In this document: positions 1-9,081 of the stretch, one piece after another
How positions within the stretch are numbered: the stretch's first letter is position 1
Layout: every line of letters starts with the position of its first letter
Virus record (IMG/VR): IMGVR_UViG_2754412319_000001
Span: 1 to 64,000 of that record
Origin: a virus
Taxonomy: Duplodnaviria; Caudoviricetes
DNA: 64,000 nt
Reading direction: 5' to 3' (one strand)
Notes under the pieces: model-generated
The model's input: the letters and a program-made list of their open reading frames with translations, nothing else
What the model was told of the DNA's origin: nothing
Database searches by the model: none
Made by a program: the position numbers and the translations under genes

Positions 1-300
1 TCATCGGTTGACCGCATGCGCGGCGAGGTGCTGACGGATCAGCGACAGGTAGCGATCACCGACCGAGAAGTCGCGCGCCGCGCGCGGCCGCTCTGCCTGA
101 CGCAGCGTGGCCGGCGCGCTCATGCCGAGGTATCGGCATACCGCCGACGGGAAGGGCTTGCGCGTATGCCCGAGTTGGCGCGCCGCGCGCTCGACGCGGG
201 CGTCGCCGACCTGCGCGCGCAGCCATGCCAGCACTTGGCGATCGGTGTCGTTGACGATACGGACCAGATGTTCCACTTTAAACAGGGACCCTTGTTGCAT
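1..300 (-). CDS. Small hypothetical protein resembling the Burkholderia 'cryptic plasmid protein A'-like family; probably a host gene
   Basis: 99 aa ORF (MQQGSLFKVEHLVRIVNDTDRQVLAWLRAQVG...KPFPSAVCRYLG). Family recalled from memory. Tandem LexA-type boxes lie upstream. Confidence 0.55.
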   Translation of the reverse strand: MQQGSLFKVEHLVRIVNDTDRQVLAWLRAQVGDARVERAARQLGHTRKPFPSAVCRYLGMSAPATLRQAERPRAARDFSVGDRYLSLIRQHLAAHAVNR

Positions 301-435
301 AAGGCTCTCCGGGGTGTTTTCGTCGATAAATCAGGTCTGGCTACCACCCTAGCTACCATGAAAGGCTGCGCTGGACCTGGAGCCACCAACCGGTGCTGTC
401 GACGGGAGGGCTGAGCTTCTGCCGCTGCCGGAATA

Positions 436-467
436 CTGGTTGGTTGTACAGCTGGTTATCCATACAG
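436..467. promoter_or_regulatory. Two tandem LexA (SOS) boxes
   Basis: CTGGTTGGTTGTACAG (436-451) and CTGGTTATCCATACAG (452-467) both fit CTG-N10-CAG. The second reads TACTGTATGGATAACCAG on the minus strand, close to the gamma/beta-proteobacterial consensus. Confidence 0.75.
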
Positions 468-543
468 TATTTTGGGCGAAGCGGGTTGTCAAGCGCAAAA
501 CGACCGATGAGGGAACGAAGGGGGGAGATGAGGCGGGAGAGGC

Positions 544-563
544 GGCGCTCGGGGCCGAGCGCC
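544..563 (-). terminator. GC-rich hairpin just downstream of the alpA-like gene
   Basis: GGCGCTCGG/CCGAGCGCC inverted repeat, but no good U-tract. Confidence 0.35.
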
Positions 564-572
564 AGAGGGGGG

Positions 573-764
573 TTAGGCGGCGTCCGGGCCGGCCATGATC
601 GCTTCGACGCTTTCGGCGGTGATACCGCTGGAACGCTCGCCGATCTTGACCAGTTTCAGCTTCCCCTTGTCGACGAGGCGGTAGACGGTGGTTCGGGAGA
701 TGCTGAGCATGTCCATGACCGCCTTGATGCGATACAGCTTCTTCGAAGTGGTGGTGGTTTCCAT
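573..764 (-). CDS. AlpA/excisionase-family HTH DNA-binding protein
   Basis: 63 aa from METTTTS: LYRIKAVMDMLSISRTTVYRLVDKGKL is the AlpA-type HTH. Start placed at the second Met of the track ORF 573..830. Confidence 0.85.
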   Translation of the reverse strand: METTTTSKKLYRIKAVMDMLSISRTTVYRLVDKGKLKLVKIGERSSGITAESVEAIMAGPDAA

Positions 765-884
765 GTTTCGACCTAGTGTGGTGGTGGCCAGAGCGCGTAT
801 GTTATGGAGCGCTCTGGAACGTCGCAACACAAACCAAGGGACTATCGTATAGTCATCGGCGTCGCCGAAGACGCCCAGCGATCC

Positions 885-2003
885 TCACGCGGCAGAGGAT
901 GGCTTCCAGACGCCGGTCGGCGAGAGCTTCAGCATGTCGCCGGCTTTCGCGCCCGTCAGGTCGACGTCGGCGCAATCCCCAAGCGCGATCTGCAAGCTGC
1001 CTTGAGACCACGGGATGAAGCCAGCGGGTGCGGCAGCGCCGAACGGGCCGCTGAGGTTCATCGTCCACACCGACCCGACGTCCGAGCAGATGGCGGGGAA
1101 GAGCGGGAACGTTCCACCGATCGGATAGCCTCCCACGCCCGTCGCCGGGTCGTTCGAGGCGCTACCGTTCCAGATGCCGCCGTTGACCCGGAACCACGCC
1201 ATGCGCGCGGTCGCGTCGATCGCTACGCCGACCGTGTCGCCGGCAACGTTGAATGCCGCACCTGAGCCAGAGTTCGTGCCGCCGTCTCGATACACGTTGC
1301 CGCTCGACTGGAATTTCCCGATCGTCCCCTGGCCGTCGTCGTACCCAACCTGAGCGTCCATCGGCTCATTACGGGGGCACACGCCCACCGCGGCGTTCCC
1401 GCTCGACGTGCCCGAGACGAACGTGGTCTCGAAATACCACTTCCCAGCCTTCATGCCGGTCGTACCGATGGCCACGACCTGTTTACCGCCAGGGACGGTA
1501 GCGGTCAGGTTGTTGTTCGAGAGCGCCACCGTGCTCGCCTTCATTACGGGATCGAATGCCGCGCGCTCGGCGAAGCGCGAGATCCGCAGCGTGCCATCCG
1601 CGTCGGTGGTCTGGCCGGGACCAAGTTTCACGCCACCAAGCTGGGTGCTCGTTGCGACCGGGATGCCGGTGGACGGGGCATCTTTCAGATCTTTGTAGCT
1701 TCCGCTCGTGGCCACCTTCGCGAGACCGGTCACGGTGCTCGCGTCTTGCTGGCCAGTGTGGTTCTGCCGGTTGAGCAGCGTCGCGTCCGCGCTGTTCTTC
1801 GTGGCTTGCGCTGCGATGCCGTCCAGCTTCTCCTTGTCGGCACCACTCATGAAGCCCGCGACCGTCTGCGTCGCGATGCCGAACCATGTGCGCAGCGTGG
1901 ACAGCTTCAACTTGAAGTTGTTGCCGCCGTACGCCCCCGCGAGCATTGCGTCGTCAACTGGGTTCTGGAGTTCGTTGAACTCCGAGATTTTCATGTCACT
2001 CAT
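885..2003 (-). CDS. Tail fibre/appendage protein with a C-terminal SPRY (B30.2)-like domain
   Basis: N-terminal MSDMKISEF (KISE-type virion attachment motif) and fibre-like ATKNSADATLLNRQNHTG. C-terminal LSNNNLTAT..GKWYFE..GDTVGVAIDATARMAWFRVNG resembles SPRY. Confidence 0.65.
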   Translation of the reverse strand: MSDMKISEFNELQNPVDDAMLAGAYGGNNFKLKLSTLRTWFGIATQTVAGFMSGADKEKLDGIAAQATKNSADATLLNRQNHTGQQDASTVTGLAKVATSGSYKDLKDAPSTGIPVATSTQLGGVKLGPGQTTDADGTLRISRFAERAAFDPVMKASTVALSNNNLTATVPGGKQVVAIGTTGMKAGKWYFETTFVSGTSSGNAAVGVCPRNEPMDAQVGYDDGQGTIGKFQSSGNVYRDGGTNSGSGAAFNVAGDTVGVAIDATARMAWFRVNGGIWNGSASNDPATGVGGYPIGGTFPLFPAICSDVGSVWTMNLSGPFGAAAPAGFIPWSQGSLQIALGDCADVDLTGAKAGDMLKLSPTGVWKPSSAA

Positions 2004-4813
2004 AGGGAAGTCTCAGTTTTGATCAAGTTGCCGTCTTCTGCGGCGATATGGCCAGATGCGTTTTCAAGCAGGATGTTCGACTCCTCGATCTGGATTCCCG
2101 CGCCCTGCTGATTGCGCAGATTCCACATCATCAGGAGCCCTAGCGCGCGCATAATCTCGCCTGCCCAAAATCCGTAGAAGTAGTGCCCGTGCGACCAGCT
2201 CGAAAAGGCACCGCTCATGTCGGAGTAGGGGCCAGTCGGCGCTTCAATCACCTGCGTGCGCGTGAACTCGGCCATGCAGCCGCTGATCACGCGATCGACG
2301 TAGTCGGACTTCGAACCCGCGAACTTCATGCAGACTGCACCTGCCATGTACAGGGCAGTCATATGGCCCGTGTGGTCGTAGTCGTCGTTCCATGCCGGCT
2401 TGTCGGGTGGAAACTCAGTCGGCGTCAGGTTGTCGTTTGCGTCCTGGAAGTCGGCCAGATACTTCGCGTAGCGTTCGCAAAACGTGATGAGTCGAGTGTC
2501 GACGGGGAAGCCCTGCTGCACGAGCAGGTGCCACATCCGGCAACCTGCGAAGAACGCGCGAGCGTTGTAGCCCGCCCACGGGTACGGCGAGTCCGTGCCC
2601 CACGCGAACGAGTCGATGGGACCTTGATCGAGCTGGTCGTAACGCGGCCAGACGTAGAGCGGCGCTACCGGACCCATGACACCGACCTTCTTCGCGTACG
2701 CTTCCTGCGCGTCGTAGTAGAAGGCGATGCAGTTGGTGTAATACTGGGTCTTGCCCGAGAGGACCCACATCGGCCCGTACTGGTAGCCGGTGTACGGTGT
2801 GCCGCGCCAGTAATCCTTCCGCGCGCGCGAGACCGAATACTTCGTCGTGAAGGGCAGCACCCCCGGCGTGTACTTCAGCGCGAGCGGAGCAGGGTTGGTC
2901 GCGTACACATCGCCCACGGCCATCTCCATCGCCGGCTGGCACTTCACGTGGATGAACCACTCGGTGGAGTAGTCGTTGACCGACACTAGCTTCTGCGGGA
3001 TCTCGCCCCAGCAGTAGGTCGAGATCGAGCCACCTTGACCGTTGTTCGTGATGAACTCGATCTGCGTCATCGCGCCGTTCGGCGTCGGCGCGGCAGGCGT
3101 GCCTGCCGCCTGATTCGGCACGAGCGTGAAGTCAGACCAGCTGAGCGGCAGCGTGATCCACCCACCGGCCGGCAGCACGCGCTGGTATTTGTTGCCCAGC
3201 GCATCCGTGACCTTCAACCAGATCTCGCCGCTGTTCACGCGGTACGTTAGCTCCGTGAGCGCGCGGGTGGTCGGCGTGGTCAACCAGAAGCCGGCGACGA
3301 CGCCGGACGTGCCGTCGTTGATGTTGGCCGTGCCGATCCAGTCAGCGCGGCCAGCGTCGCCCAGGATGCCGCCCTCATACGTGGTGGTGTAGCCGGCGTT
3401 GCCGTACGGCACGAAGCTCGAACCGTCGAGCATCGCGTGCTGCTGGCCGTCCGATTGCGTGGCCGTGACCATCTGGCCGAAGGGGACCACCATCTGCGTC
3501 GGCGTCACGCTACCGTTCGAGGGCAGGGCATAGCGATACTGCCGGCCGTCGCTCAAGAGGTCGGTCTTCATCCGAGTCAGGAACTCGATGCGCGCCTTCG
3601 ACGTGTTGATGCCGATGGTGTTGACCATCGCGGTCTTGCTGGAGTCGATGCGCGTGTAGACCGCGATCTGTTCGAGCGCGACCGTGCTTTCCTTGCTCAC
3701 GTTCGATTCAGCGGTCTTCGACACGTGGATGTAGCCGCTGCTGTCGCGGTTGACCGTCGCCTTCGCGTCGCCGAGGTATTCCCAGTCGTACGCGATGCCC
3801 ACGTTGAACGGGTCAGCGGCCCTCGTGTCCTGGCGGAAATAGAAGCCGTCGGCTTGAAGGTCGGTCGCGTCGTTGATGGTGTAGATCGAGGCGTTGAACG
3901 CGTTGAAGTAGCGCGGGTTGCCCGTCTCCTGGAACATCAAGTAGCAGGCCTCGGCGAACCACTGCTCCGAGTCGATCGAGTTGCCCCACTGATCGGGAGA
4001 CAGCGCCATCCAGATCGGCCAGACGTCGAACGGCTGGTTACGGCCTATCATCGGGCCGGTCATGTTCGCGTAGTTCACCAGCGCCGTGCCGGTGAATGTC
4101 GTGTCGACGAGGCGGATCATCCCCGGTGGGTCGCCGTTCGGGTCGATCGCGTCCTGCTCCGCGTTGTGGCACACGCCGTCGTACGTCACGTACGAAGCGA
4201 ACGGGTAGACCGTGCCACCCGCGTTGACGCCCGAGCGCACGGAGTCGTACGAGAGCTTCCCGTTGTAGACCGAATACAGGCGCGTGATCAGCTGGCCGTT
4301 GTACGGGTCGCCGGTCGGGATCTGGCCGACGCCGTTCGTGAACTGCACCTTGACCCCCTTACCGCCAGGGCTGTCCGGGTTGTTCGGGTCGAGCGGGCCG
4401 AAGGCTTGAAACGGGCGCTTGCCGTTGATGATCCAGTTCGAGCGGTAGATCTGCGGCGTGGTCGGCGTCGGCTGGCCACCGTAGAAGAGATCCAGGTAGG
4501 CGTCGATCGCGCGCACCGCGCGGTCGAGGTAGGAGCGCTTGCCGGTGCCTTTCCATGCGTAGTAGAGGCCGAGGATGTACAGGGCCTGACCTTCGGTCGT
4601 GGCCGTGCCGTTCGGGGTGTACCAGACGCTCCCCGTCTCGTAGTGCATGTTGTTGCAGAGCACGCTCTTGCTGTTCAGGATCATGTAGTCCTGACCCGTG
4701 TCCGGGTCGTCTTTCGTGTGGCGATCGACGAACTGCATGAGGCCGTCCAGCATCGAGTTCGCATTCGCGGCGAGCTGGTTGAGGGACTGACGGGACAGGT
4801 AGAGCCGGTTCAT
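2000..4813 (-). CDS. Large tail-associated protein, putative (alpha/alpha)6 glycoside hydrolase (GH8-like) depolymerase
   Basis: 937 aa. TATTEGQALYILGLYYAW resembles the GH8 TxSEGQxY catalytic motif. Aromatic-rich helical N and C parts flank a beta-rich insert. Sits among tail genes. Confidence 0.55.
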   Translation of the reverse strand: MNRLYLSRQSLNQLAANANSMLDGLMQFVDRHTKDDPDTGQDYMILNSKSVLCNNMHYETGSVWYTPNGTATTEGQALYILGLYYAWKGTGKRSYLDRAVRAIDAYLDLFYGGQPTPTTPQIYRSNWIINGKRPFQAFGPLDPNNPDSPGGKGVKVQFTNGVGQIPTGDPYNGQLITRLYSVYNGKLSYDSVRSGVNAGGTVYPFASYVTYDGVCHNAEQDAIDPNGDPPGMIRLVDTTFTGTALVNYANMTGPMIGRNQPFDVWPIWMALSPDQWGNSIDSEQWFAEACYLMFQETGNPRYFNAFNASIYTINDATDLQADGFYFRQDTRAADPFNVGIAYDWEYLGDAKATVNRDSSGYIHVSKTAESNVSKESTVALEQIAVYTRIDSSKTAMVNTIGINTSKARIEFLTRMKTDLLSDGRQYRYALPSNGSVTPTQMVVPFGQMVTATQSDGQQHAMLDGSSFVPYGNAGYTTTYEGGILGDAGRADWIGTANINDGTSGVVAGFWLTTPTTRALTELTYRVNSGEIWLKVTDALGNKYQRVLPAGGWITLPLSWSDFTLVPNQAAGTPAAPTPNGAMTQIEFITNNGQGGSISTYCWGEIPQKLVSVNDYSTEWFIHVKCQPAMEMAVGDVYATNPAPLALKYTPGVLPFTTKYSVSRARKDYWRGTPYTGYQYGPMWVLSGKTQYYTNCIAFYYDAQEAYAKKVGVMGPVAPLYVWPRYDQLDQGPIDSFAWGTDSPYPWAGYNARAFFAGCRMWHLLVQQGFPVDTRLITFCERYAKYLADFQDANDNLTPTEFPPDKPAWNDDYDHTGHMTALYMAGAVCMKFAGSKSDYVDRVISGCMAEFTRTQVIEAPTGPYSDMSGAFSSWSHGHYFYGFWAGEIMRALGLLMMWNLRNQQGAGIQIEESNILLENASGHIAAEDGNLIKTETSL

Positions 4814-5431
4814 TTACGCAGGAATGTTGTTGCCGACGAAGTAGCCGACGTACGACTTGCCCCCGTCATAGGTTTCGAACATGAACGCGTCGCTCACGCC
4901 TTGCGCGTACGACAGGACGGGCGGGACGCCACCGTTCCACTTGATAATTGCCGGCCAGCTGTTGACCTTGTTCGAGCCGGTGCCCTGCTTGAGCACGAGC
5001 GAGAACGAGCGCACGAAGTTCGCATCCGTTGCCGGGTTGCTGATCGTGATCGCCGTCTGCGGCGCGTTGATCGTCGCGTTGAAGCAGCCGATGCCGGTCG
5101 ACAGGTCCAGGTCGAGGCCGTTGCCGGTCACGTTCATGCGCGCGATCGGCGTCTTGTTGACGTCGCCCGTATCGCCCTTGTCGCCCTTGTCGCCCTTGAT
5201 GCTGTAGCCGTTCGGCCAGACGCCGCCCGTCTTCGGGCCGAACATGAAGCTGTTGTCCAGGTTGATGTACGAGTCGCCGTCGTTACCGACGTTGTTGGCC
5301 GGCGCTCCGCGGCCGTAAAGCAGTTTCATCGGGGTCAGCTGTCCGAGGTTGTTGTAGACCGGACTCATCATCAGGATGAGCGGTTGGCCGTCCGGGTTGG
5401 TTGGGGCGAGGGGGAGGGAAGCCGCACTCAT
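4814..5431 (-). CDS. Short tail fibre-like protein with a collagen-like G-X-Y stretch
   Basis: 205 aa with KGDKGDKGDTGD. C-terminal QGTGSNKVNSWPAIIKWNGGVPPVLS..D.F.F is typical of fibre C-terminal domains. Confidence 0.6.
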   Translation of the reverse strand: MSAASLPLAPTNPDGQPLILMMSPVYNNLGQLTPMKLLYGRGAPANNVGNDGDSYINLDNSFMFGPKTGGVWPNGYSIKGDKGDKGDTGDVNKTPIARMNVTGNGLDLDLSTGIGCFNATINAPQTAITISNPATDANFVRSFSLVLKQGTGSNKVNSWPAIIKWNGGVPPVLSYAQGVSDAFMFETYDGGKSYVGYFVGNNIPA

Positions 5432-5943
5432 TGCTCACCCGCATTCAGACGATCGAGAACGTCTCGGTCGCTCCGGACGACGGCTTCGCAGGCGTTGAGC
5501 CTGAGCACGATTTCGTCGGCTCGACCGGCTTCGCCGAGAAGAAATTCAGTAGCCGGCAGCGAAAGTTCGGCTCCTCCGGTGTCAGCAGATACGCCGGCAC
5601 CGGGGCCAGCTGCACCTTCGGACGGTTGATTGCCACAGGTTGCGGCTCGGTCGCGCAGGCGCAGAGCACCAGCGCGGGCAGCAGCAATGTCACGGTCGGC
5701 TTGAGACTTCGCATCGTTGAGCTTCCTTTCGTAGTCGGTCGAGATCTGCGTGACCAGCAGGTTCGACGTCGTGGTGGCGAAGGCCGCTACCGCGTCCGCT
5801 CGCGCTTGCGCGGCACGCAGGGCCTTCTGCTGCCGATCGTCGTTCTCGGCCATGATCGCGACGTAGTGGTCGCGGGTGAAGTAGAAAGCGCCAGCGCCGC
5901 TCACGAGAGCGGCGCAGAGCGCGGCGATGGCGGTCAGCTTCAT
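5428..5943 (-). CDS. Rz: Inner-membrane spanin (Rz-like)
   Basis: N-terminal TM helix, coiled coil, AGALRLRD and ADEIVLRLNAC motifs; follows the holin. Confidence 0.9.
   Translation of the reverse strand: MKLTAIAALCAALVSGAGAFYFTRDHYVAIMAENDDRQQKALRAAQARADAVAAFATTTSNLLVTQISTDYERKLNDAKSQADRDIAAARAGALRLRDRAATCGNQPSEGAAGPGAGVSADTGGAELSLPATEFLLGEAGRADEIVLRLNACEAVVRSDRDVLDRLNAGEQ
5445..5714 (-). CDS. Rz1: Outer-membrane lipoprotein spanin (Rz1-like) embedded in Rz
   Basis: Signal peptide with lipobox LVLCAC and Pro-rich mature part, fully nested in Rz in another frame. Confidence 0.85.
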   Translation of the reverse strand: MRSLKPTVTLLLPALVLCACATEPQPVAINRPKVQLAPVPAYLLTPEEPNFRCRLLNFFSAKPVEPTKSCSGSTPAKPSSGATETFSIV

Positions 5944-6335
5944 GCGGTATCCACCTTTTGCAGAATGCGGGTCATGACCGCGTCGAACAGCTTCGAGCTG
6001 CCGTAGCCGGCGACGGTGATGGCTGCGGCCTCTTGAGCGGAATCCCAGCGGAACGATTCGGCGATGAAGAACATCAGCAGACCGGCTGCGATCGAGGAGA
6101 CCATGTCGCGCGCGACGTGCAGTTTCCAGCGCGACAGATCTTCGGCGCTCGACAGCTTTTGCAGCGTCGATGCTGCGCCGCCGATGCTGCTGAGGATGAC
6201 CGTGATCACGTACGCGATGACCGGGATGCTGGCCAGATCGCGTCCGAAAGACACGTCGCTACGTGTTGCCGCGTAGGTGACGAGAGACCACGTGAGGGCG
6301 AGGAACATCGCCCATACCTTTATCGTTCGCTGCAC
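5940..6335 (-). CDS. Holin (LydA-like)
   Basis: 131 aa with several TM helices (IGGAASTL..DMVSSIAAGLLMFF..AGYGSSKLFD), lying between endolysin and Rz. Confidence 0.7.
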   Translation of the reverse strand: MQRTIKVWAMFLALTWSLVTYAATRSDVSFGRDLASIPVIAYVITVILSSIGGAASTLQKLSSAEDLSRWKLHVARDMVSSIAAGLLMFFIAESFRWDSAQEAAAITVAGYGSSKLFDAVMTRILQKVDTA

Positions 6336-6733
6336 GCTCGACCCCGTACGTGAAAAAGATTTCGAAAACTCAGCGTCAGGCCAAACACAGCCATCGAGCC
6401 ATAGAGAACGAGGGTGCTTATCTGCACACTCTTGTAAGCCTGCTCAGCAACGAACAGATGAGACGCAAAAGAGAAGGACGCCATCGGGTACACCCAATGA
6501 CGCCACTTCAACCCCCACGTGAAAACGAATCGATCGGGCATCAAATCATTGATCACGATGTCGACCAGAAGCAGCGCGCCGGCAACCAGCAGCAGCAGGG
6601 TGAAGAACCATCCGCCGTGTTGCATCGTCGCGGCCGGGATCGAGCTTGCGTGGCACATCGAAAGCACGACGACCACAAGCGCCCACGTCGTGAAGCCGAG
6701 GCGCGCGAAGAAGTCTGCGTTGCGCGTCGTCAT
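6320..6733 (-). CDS. Multi-pass membrane protein in the lysis cassette (holin/antiholin candidate)
   Basis: 137 aa with about four hydrophobic segments; coupled to the endolysin and holin. Confidence 0.6.
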   Translation of the reverse strand: MTTRNADFFARLGFTTWALVVVVLSMCHASSIPAATMQHGGWFFTLLLLVAGALLLVDIVINDLMPDRFVFTWGLKWRHWVYPMASFSFASHLFVAEQAYKSVQISTLVLYGSMAVFGLTLSFRNLFHVRGRACSER

Positions 6734-7266
6734 TAGGCGGCTCCCGGAATGACCTTCCGAGCGAGCACGAGATACGCTTGACGATCAGCCAGACCGTTCG
6801 TGCCGCCGTTGATGACCTTTGTGACCGCGATGAAGTTCTTCTTCAGCGCGAGGTCGTCGAGCTTGTGGTTCCACCAGAACGCAGCGGCGCTGAGGCACGC
6901 GTACTGCGGTTGCTCAAGCAACTCCGGATGCGCGATCAGGTCGAGATCGAGCAGCATGCCCATCAGCAGGTAGTTGATCCGACCGGTGCATTGGATGAGG
7001 CCACGGCCCTTGTAGCGAACGCCGTCACCCGGTTGCGTGTTGCCGAGGTCCTTGCGCCCCTCGTATGCCTGCCCGCTGGCGATCTCTAGCGTGTAGCGCC
7101 CCTCGGCTGACTCGTGCGAGATCTGAGCCAGGAACTCGACGATCTCTTCCGGTGTATCGATCTCGAACTTCGCCATCGCGTCCGAGAGCAGGGGCGCGTA
7201 CGTGGCGCATCTGTCGATCGGTGCGTGCGTCCAGATCTTCCGAAGCTGGTCGGACGTAATAGACAT
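6733..7266 (-). CDS. Endolysin, glycoside hydrolase family 19 (chitinase-like)
   Basis: FLAQISHES, YEGRKDLGNTQPGDGVRYKGRGLIQCTGRINY and INGGTNGLADR are GH19 endolysin motifs. Confidence 0.95.
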   Translation of the reverse strand: MSITSDQLRKIWTHAPIDRCATYAPLLSDAMAKFEIDTPEEIVEFLAQISHESAEGRYTLEIASGQAYEGRKDLGNTQPGDGVRYKGRGLIQCTGRINYLLMGMLLDLDLIAHPELLEQPQYACLSAAAFWWNHKLDDLALKKNFIAVTKVINGGTNGLADRQAYLVLARKVIPGAA

Positions 7267-7299
7267 CTCGGACTCGTGTGGTGGTGGTGAGTGCCGAGA

Positions 7300-7336
7300 A
7301 TTTTAAGGTTGGGGTTTACGCAGACACAAAGAGTTT
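7300..7336 (-). promoter_or_regulatory. Putative sigma70-like promoter of the lysis cassette
   Basis: Minus strand AAAACTCT-TTGTGT-N18-TAAAAT upstream of the endolysin; shares the AAAACTCTTTG element with the site at 31219-31255. Confidence 0.4.
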
Positions 7337-7347
7337 TGCACTGGAAA

Positions 7348-7378
7348 TGCTAAGTGAACCTAAGTGGTTCACTTAGCA
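7348..7378. terminator. Strong hairpin ending the tail fibre-radical SAM unit
   Basis: Perfect 13 bp inverted repeat TGCTAAGTGAACC / GGTTCACTTAGCA with a 5 nt loop, directly after the 7391 stop codon. Confidence 0.65.
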
Positions 7379-7390
7379 CCTTTTCTGCGA

Positions 7391-7732
7391 TTACACGGGC
7401 ATCGGATCAACCGACGTAGACGCGCCTTCAATCGGTCGCTGCTGCGCAGCAAGCTTCCGGTTGGCGTCGTCGAGGTTCTTCTGAAGCTGGTCTGCGCGCG
7501 ATTGGCTCGCGACCAGTGCGTTCTTCGTTGCTTCGAGTGCCGCGTTCGCTTCGTCGAGCGCCGATTGCAGAGTTGCGTTTGCTGCGGCCAAGCCTTGCAC
7601 TTGCTGTTCGGCTTGACCAGCTGCGACGCTCGCGTGAGCGAGGCGATCTGCCAGCTCGTTGCGCTGTTGCGTCAGCACGTGGTGCATCATCTGGCCTTCG
7701 TTCATCAGGGGAGTGGCTTGTTGTTCGTTCAT
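7391..7732 (-). CDS. Coiled-coil protein of unknown function
   Basis: 113 aa, Ala/Gln/Asn-rich heptad pattern; ATGA overlap with the radical SAM gene. Confidence 0.75.
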   Translation of the reverse strand: MNEQQATPLMNEGQMMHHVLTQQRNELADRLAHASVAAGQAEQQVQGLAAANATLQSALDEANAALEATKNALVASQSRADQLQKNLDDANRKLAAQQRPIEGASTSVDPMPV

Positions 7733-9081
7733 GGCGTTTCCGTTTTGATCTGAATGATTTTGCGGGTGGTGGTCCGCTTATTGGCCAGAGGTCCGAAGAC
7801 AATCTGGCGATGTTCAGGCAGCGTGCCGGTCAACGGCTCGATACGCTGAAGGGTGCAGCCAGTCAGCTCATAGAGAGCCGTGGCCAGGAATACGACGTTG
7901 TCGCTGTATGCGCTCTCGCAGGTGACATCCCACAGGTCGCCTTCGAGGAACATGCAACTGCCCTTGCAGAGCTGAAGTACGGGGCACGTATTGCAGTGCT
8001 CGCGGGTCGACCAGTGGCGCGAGGACTTGAGCTGGACAGCATCCATGTCCTGAACGTTGCCGGCGAGATGAGGCTGGCCGTTCGGCGCTACCGCTACCGC
8101 GGATACGTTCTGACACGTCAGCACGTTGCCCTTCAGGTCCATCGTCAGCGTGTCAGCGCGGTCGCTGCCGCACTTCTGGCCGAGCGTGCGCGCTTCGCGC
8201 CGAGTGACCACGGACTCGCCGAAGTCGACGATCTTCTGCGTGACGCTGTCGAAGTTGAGCGCGTTTCCGCTCTTCAGCTCGTCGAAGGCGCGGGTGCGGT
8301 AGCGGACGTGCTCGTGCGCGTCGTGAAACGACATCGAGCGGCCACCCTCGTCGTACGCGTCGACGAACATGCCTTCGCCGATCGGCACGTCGGTGTCGCC
8401 CGTCAGCTTGACGAAGTAGTCACGCACCGCGCGCCGCGATGTGCTGTCCTTGTGCAGCATCGCGTTGAAGGAAATCCGGTTCAGCGGGCGCAGGCGCTGG
8501 TACAGCATGAGGATCGCTTCGCGCGTCAAGGGGTTATCGAGGGGGTCTTGACCCCGTGCCTTCTGCCCCGGCCCGTCGTGCGAGATGCCGATCGTGAACC
8601 CCATCGAAATGAGCCATCCGGCCTTCATGTGGTCGATCAGGGAGCCGTTCGTGATCATCCGAAGGGTGATGCCGGGGTAACGCATCCGCAGCCGCTCAGC
8701 GAGCGGTTTGAGCGTCTTCCAGTACACCATCGGCTCACCACCCCAAAACTCGACCGTCGCGTCCTCGGTGAGATAGCAGTTCGCCATGAGGTTGGACATG
8801 AACACGTCGACGTCGCCGGGGTTGGTCTGGTCCGCGTGCGGCACGAATCGCTGCGAGCAGTATTCGCAGCTGTAGTTGCACGAGAGGCCCAGCTGGATCT
8901 TCAGCGTGCGGACGACACGGTCCTTGTGGCCAGGGTGCGCGGCCGACGCGCGTGGCTCGCTCGGGCGCGTGGGCACCACGTCGAATCCGCGGTGGTCGGT
9001 GAGGGTGCTGCGCTGGTTGTTGTAGAAAAAGTCACGGCCGACGCCAGAGGCGTCGACCGTCTTCAGGCGAAAGGTGGTCAT
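7729..9081 (-). CDS. Radical SAM enzyme with SPASM domain
   Basis: CNYSCEYC (CxxxCxxC), FWGGEP, ITNGSL, ISHDGP. C-terminal C-X13-G-X4-C ... CxxC-X5-C-X3-C-X11-C is the seven-Cys SPASM pattern. Confidence 0.95.
   Translation of the reverse strand: MTTFRLKTVDASGVGRDFFYNNQRSTLTDHRGFDVVPTRPSEPRASAAHPGHKDRVVRTLKIQLGLSCNYSCEYCSQRFVPHADQTNPGDVDVFMSNLMANCYLTEDATVEFWGGEPMVYWKTLKPLAERLRMRYPGITLRMITNGSLIDHMKAGWLISMGFTIGISHDGPGQKARGQDPLDNPLTREAILMLYQRLRPLNRISFNAMLHKDSTSRRAVRDYFVKLTGDTDVPIGEGMFVDAYDEGGRSMSFHDAHEHVRYRTRAFDELKSGNALNFDSVTQKIVDFGESVVTRREARTLGQKCGSDRADTLTMDLKGNVLTCQNVSAVAVAPNGQPHLAGNVQDMDAVQLKSSRHWSTREHCNTCPVLQLCKGSCMFLEGDLWDVTCESAYSDNVVFLATALYELTGCTLQRIEPLTGTLPEHRQIVFGPLANKRTTTRKIIQIKTETP

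Noticed and set aside
3437-5629. Long antisense ORFs in the track (e.g. 3437..5629+, 7516..9462+, 11688..13379+, 32735..34585+, 35545..37560-)
   Set aside because: They are shadow frames of GC-rich real genes on the opposite strand, with Arg/Val/Gly-rich low-information translations, no motifs and no RBS.
8086-8100. CGCTACCGCTACCGC in the radical SAM gene as part of the iteron family
   Set aside because: It simply encodes Ala-Val-Ala-Val-Ala and lies far from the enriched 38.9-41.3 kb block.
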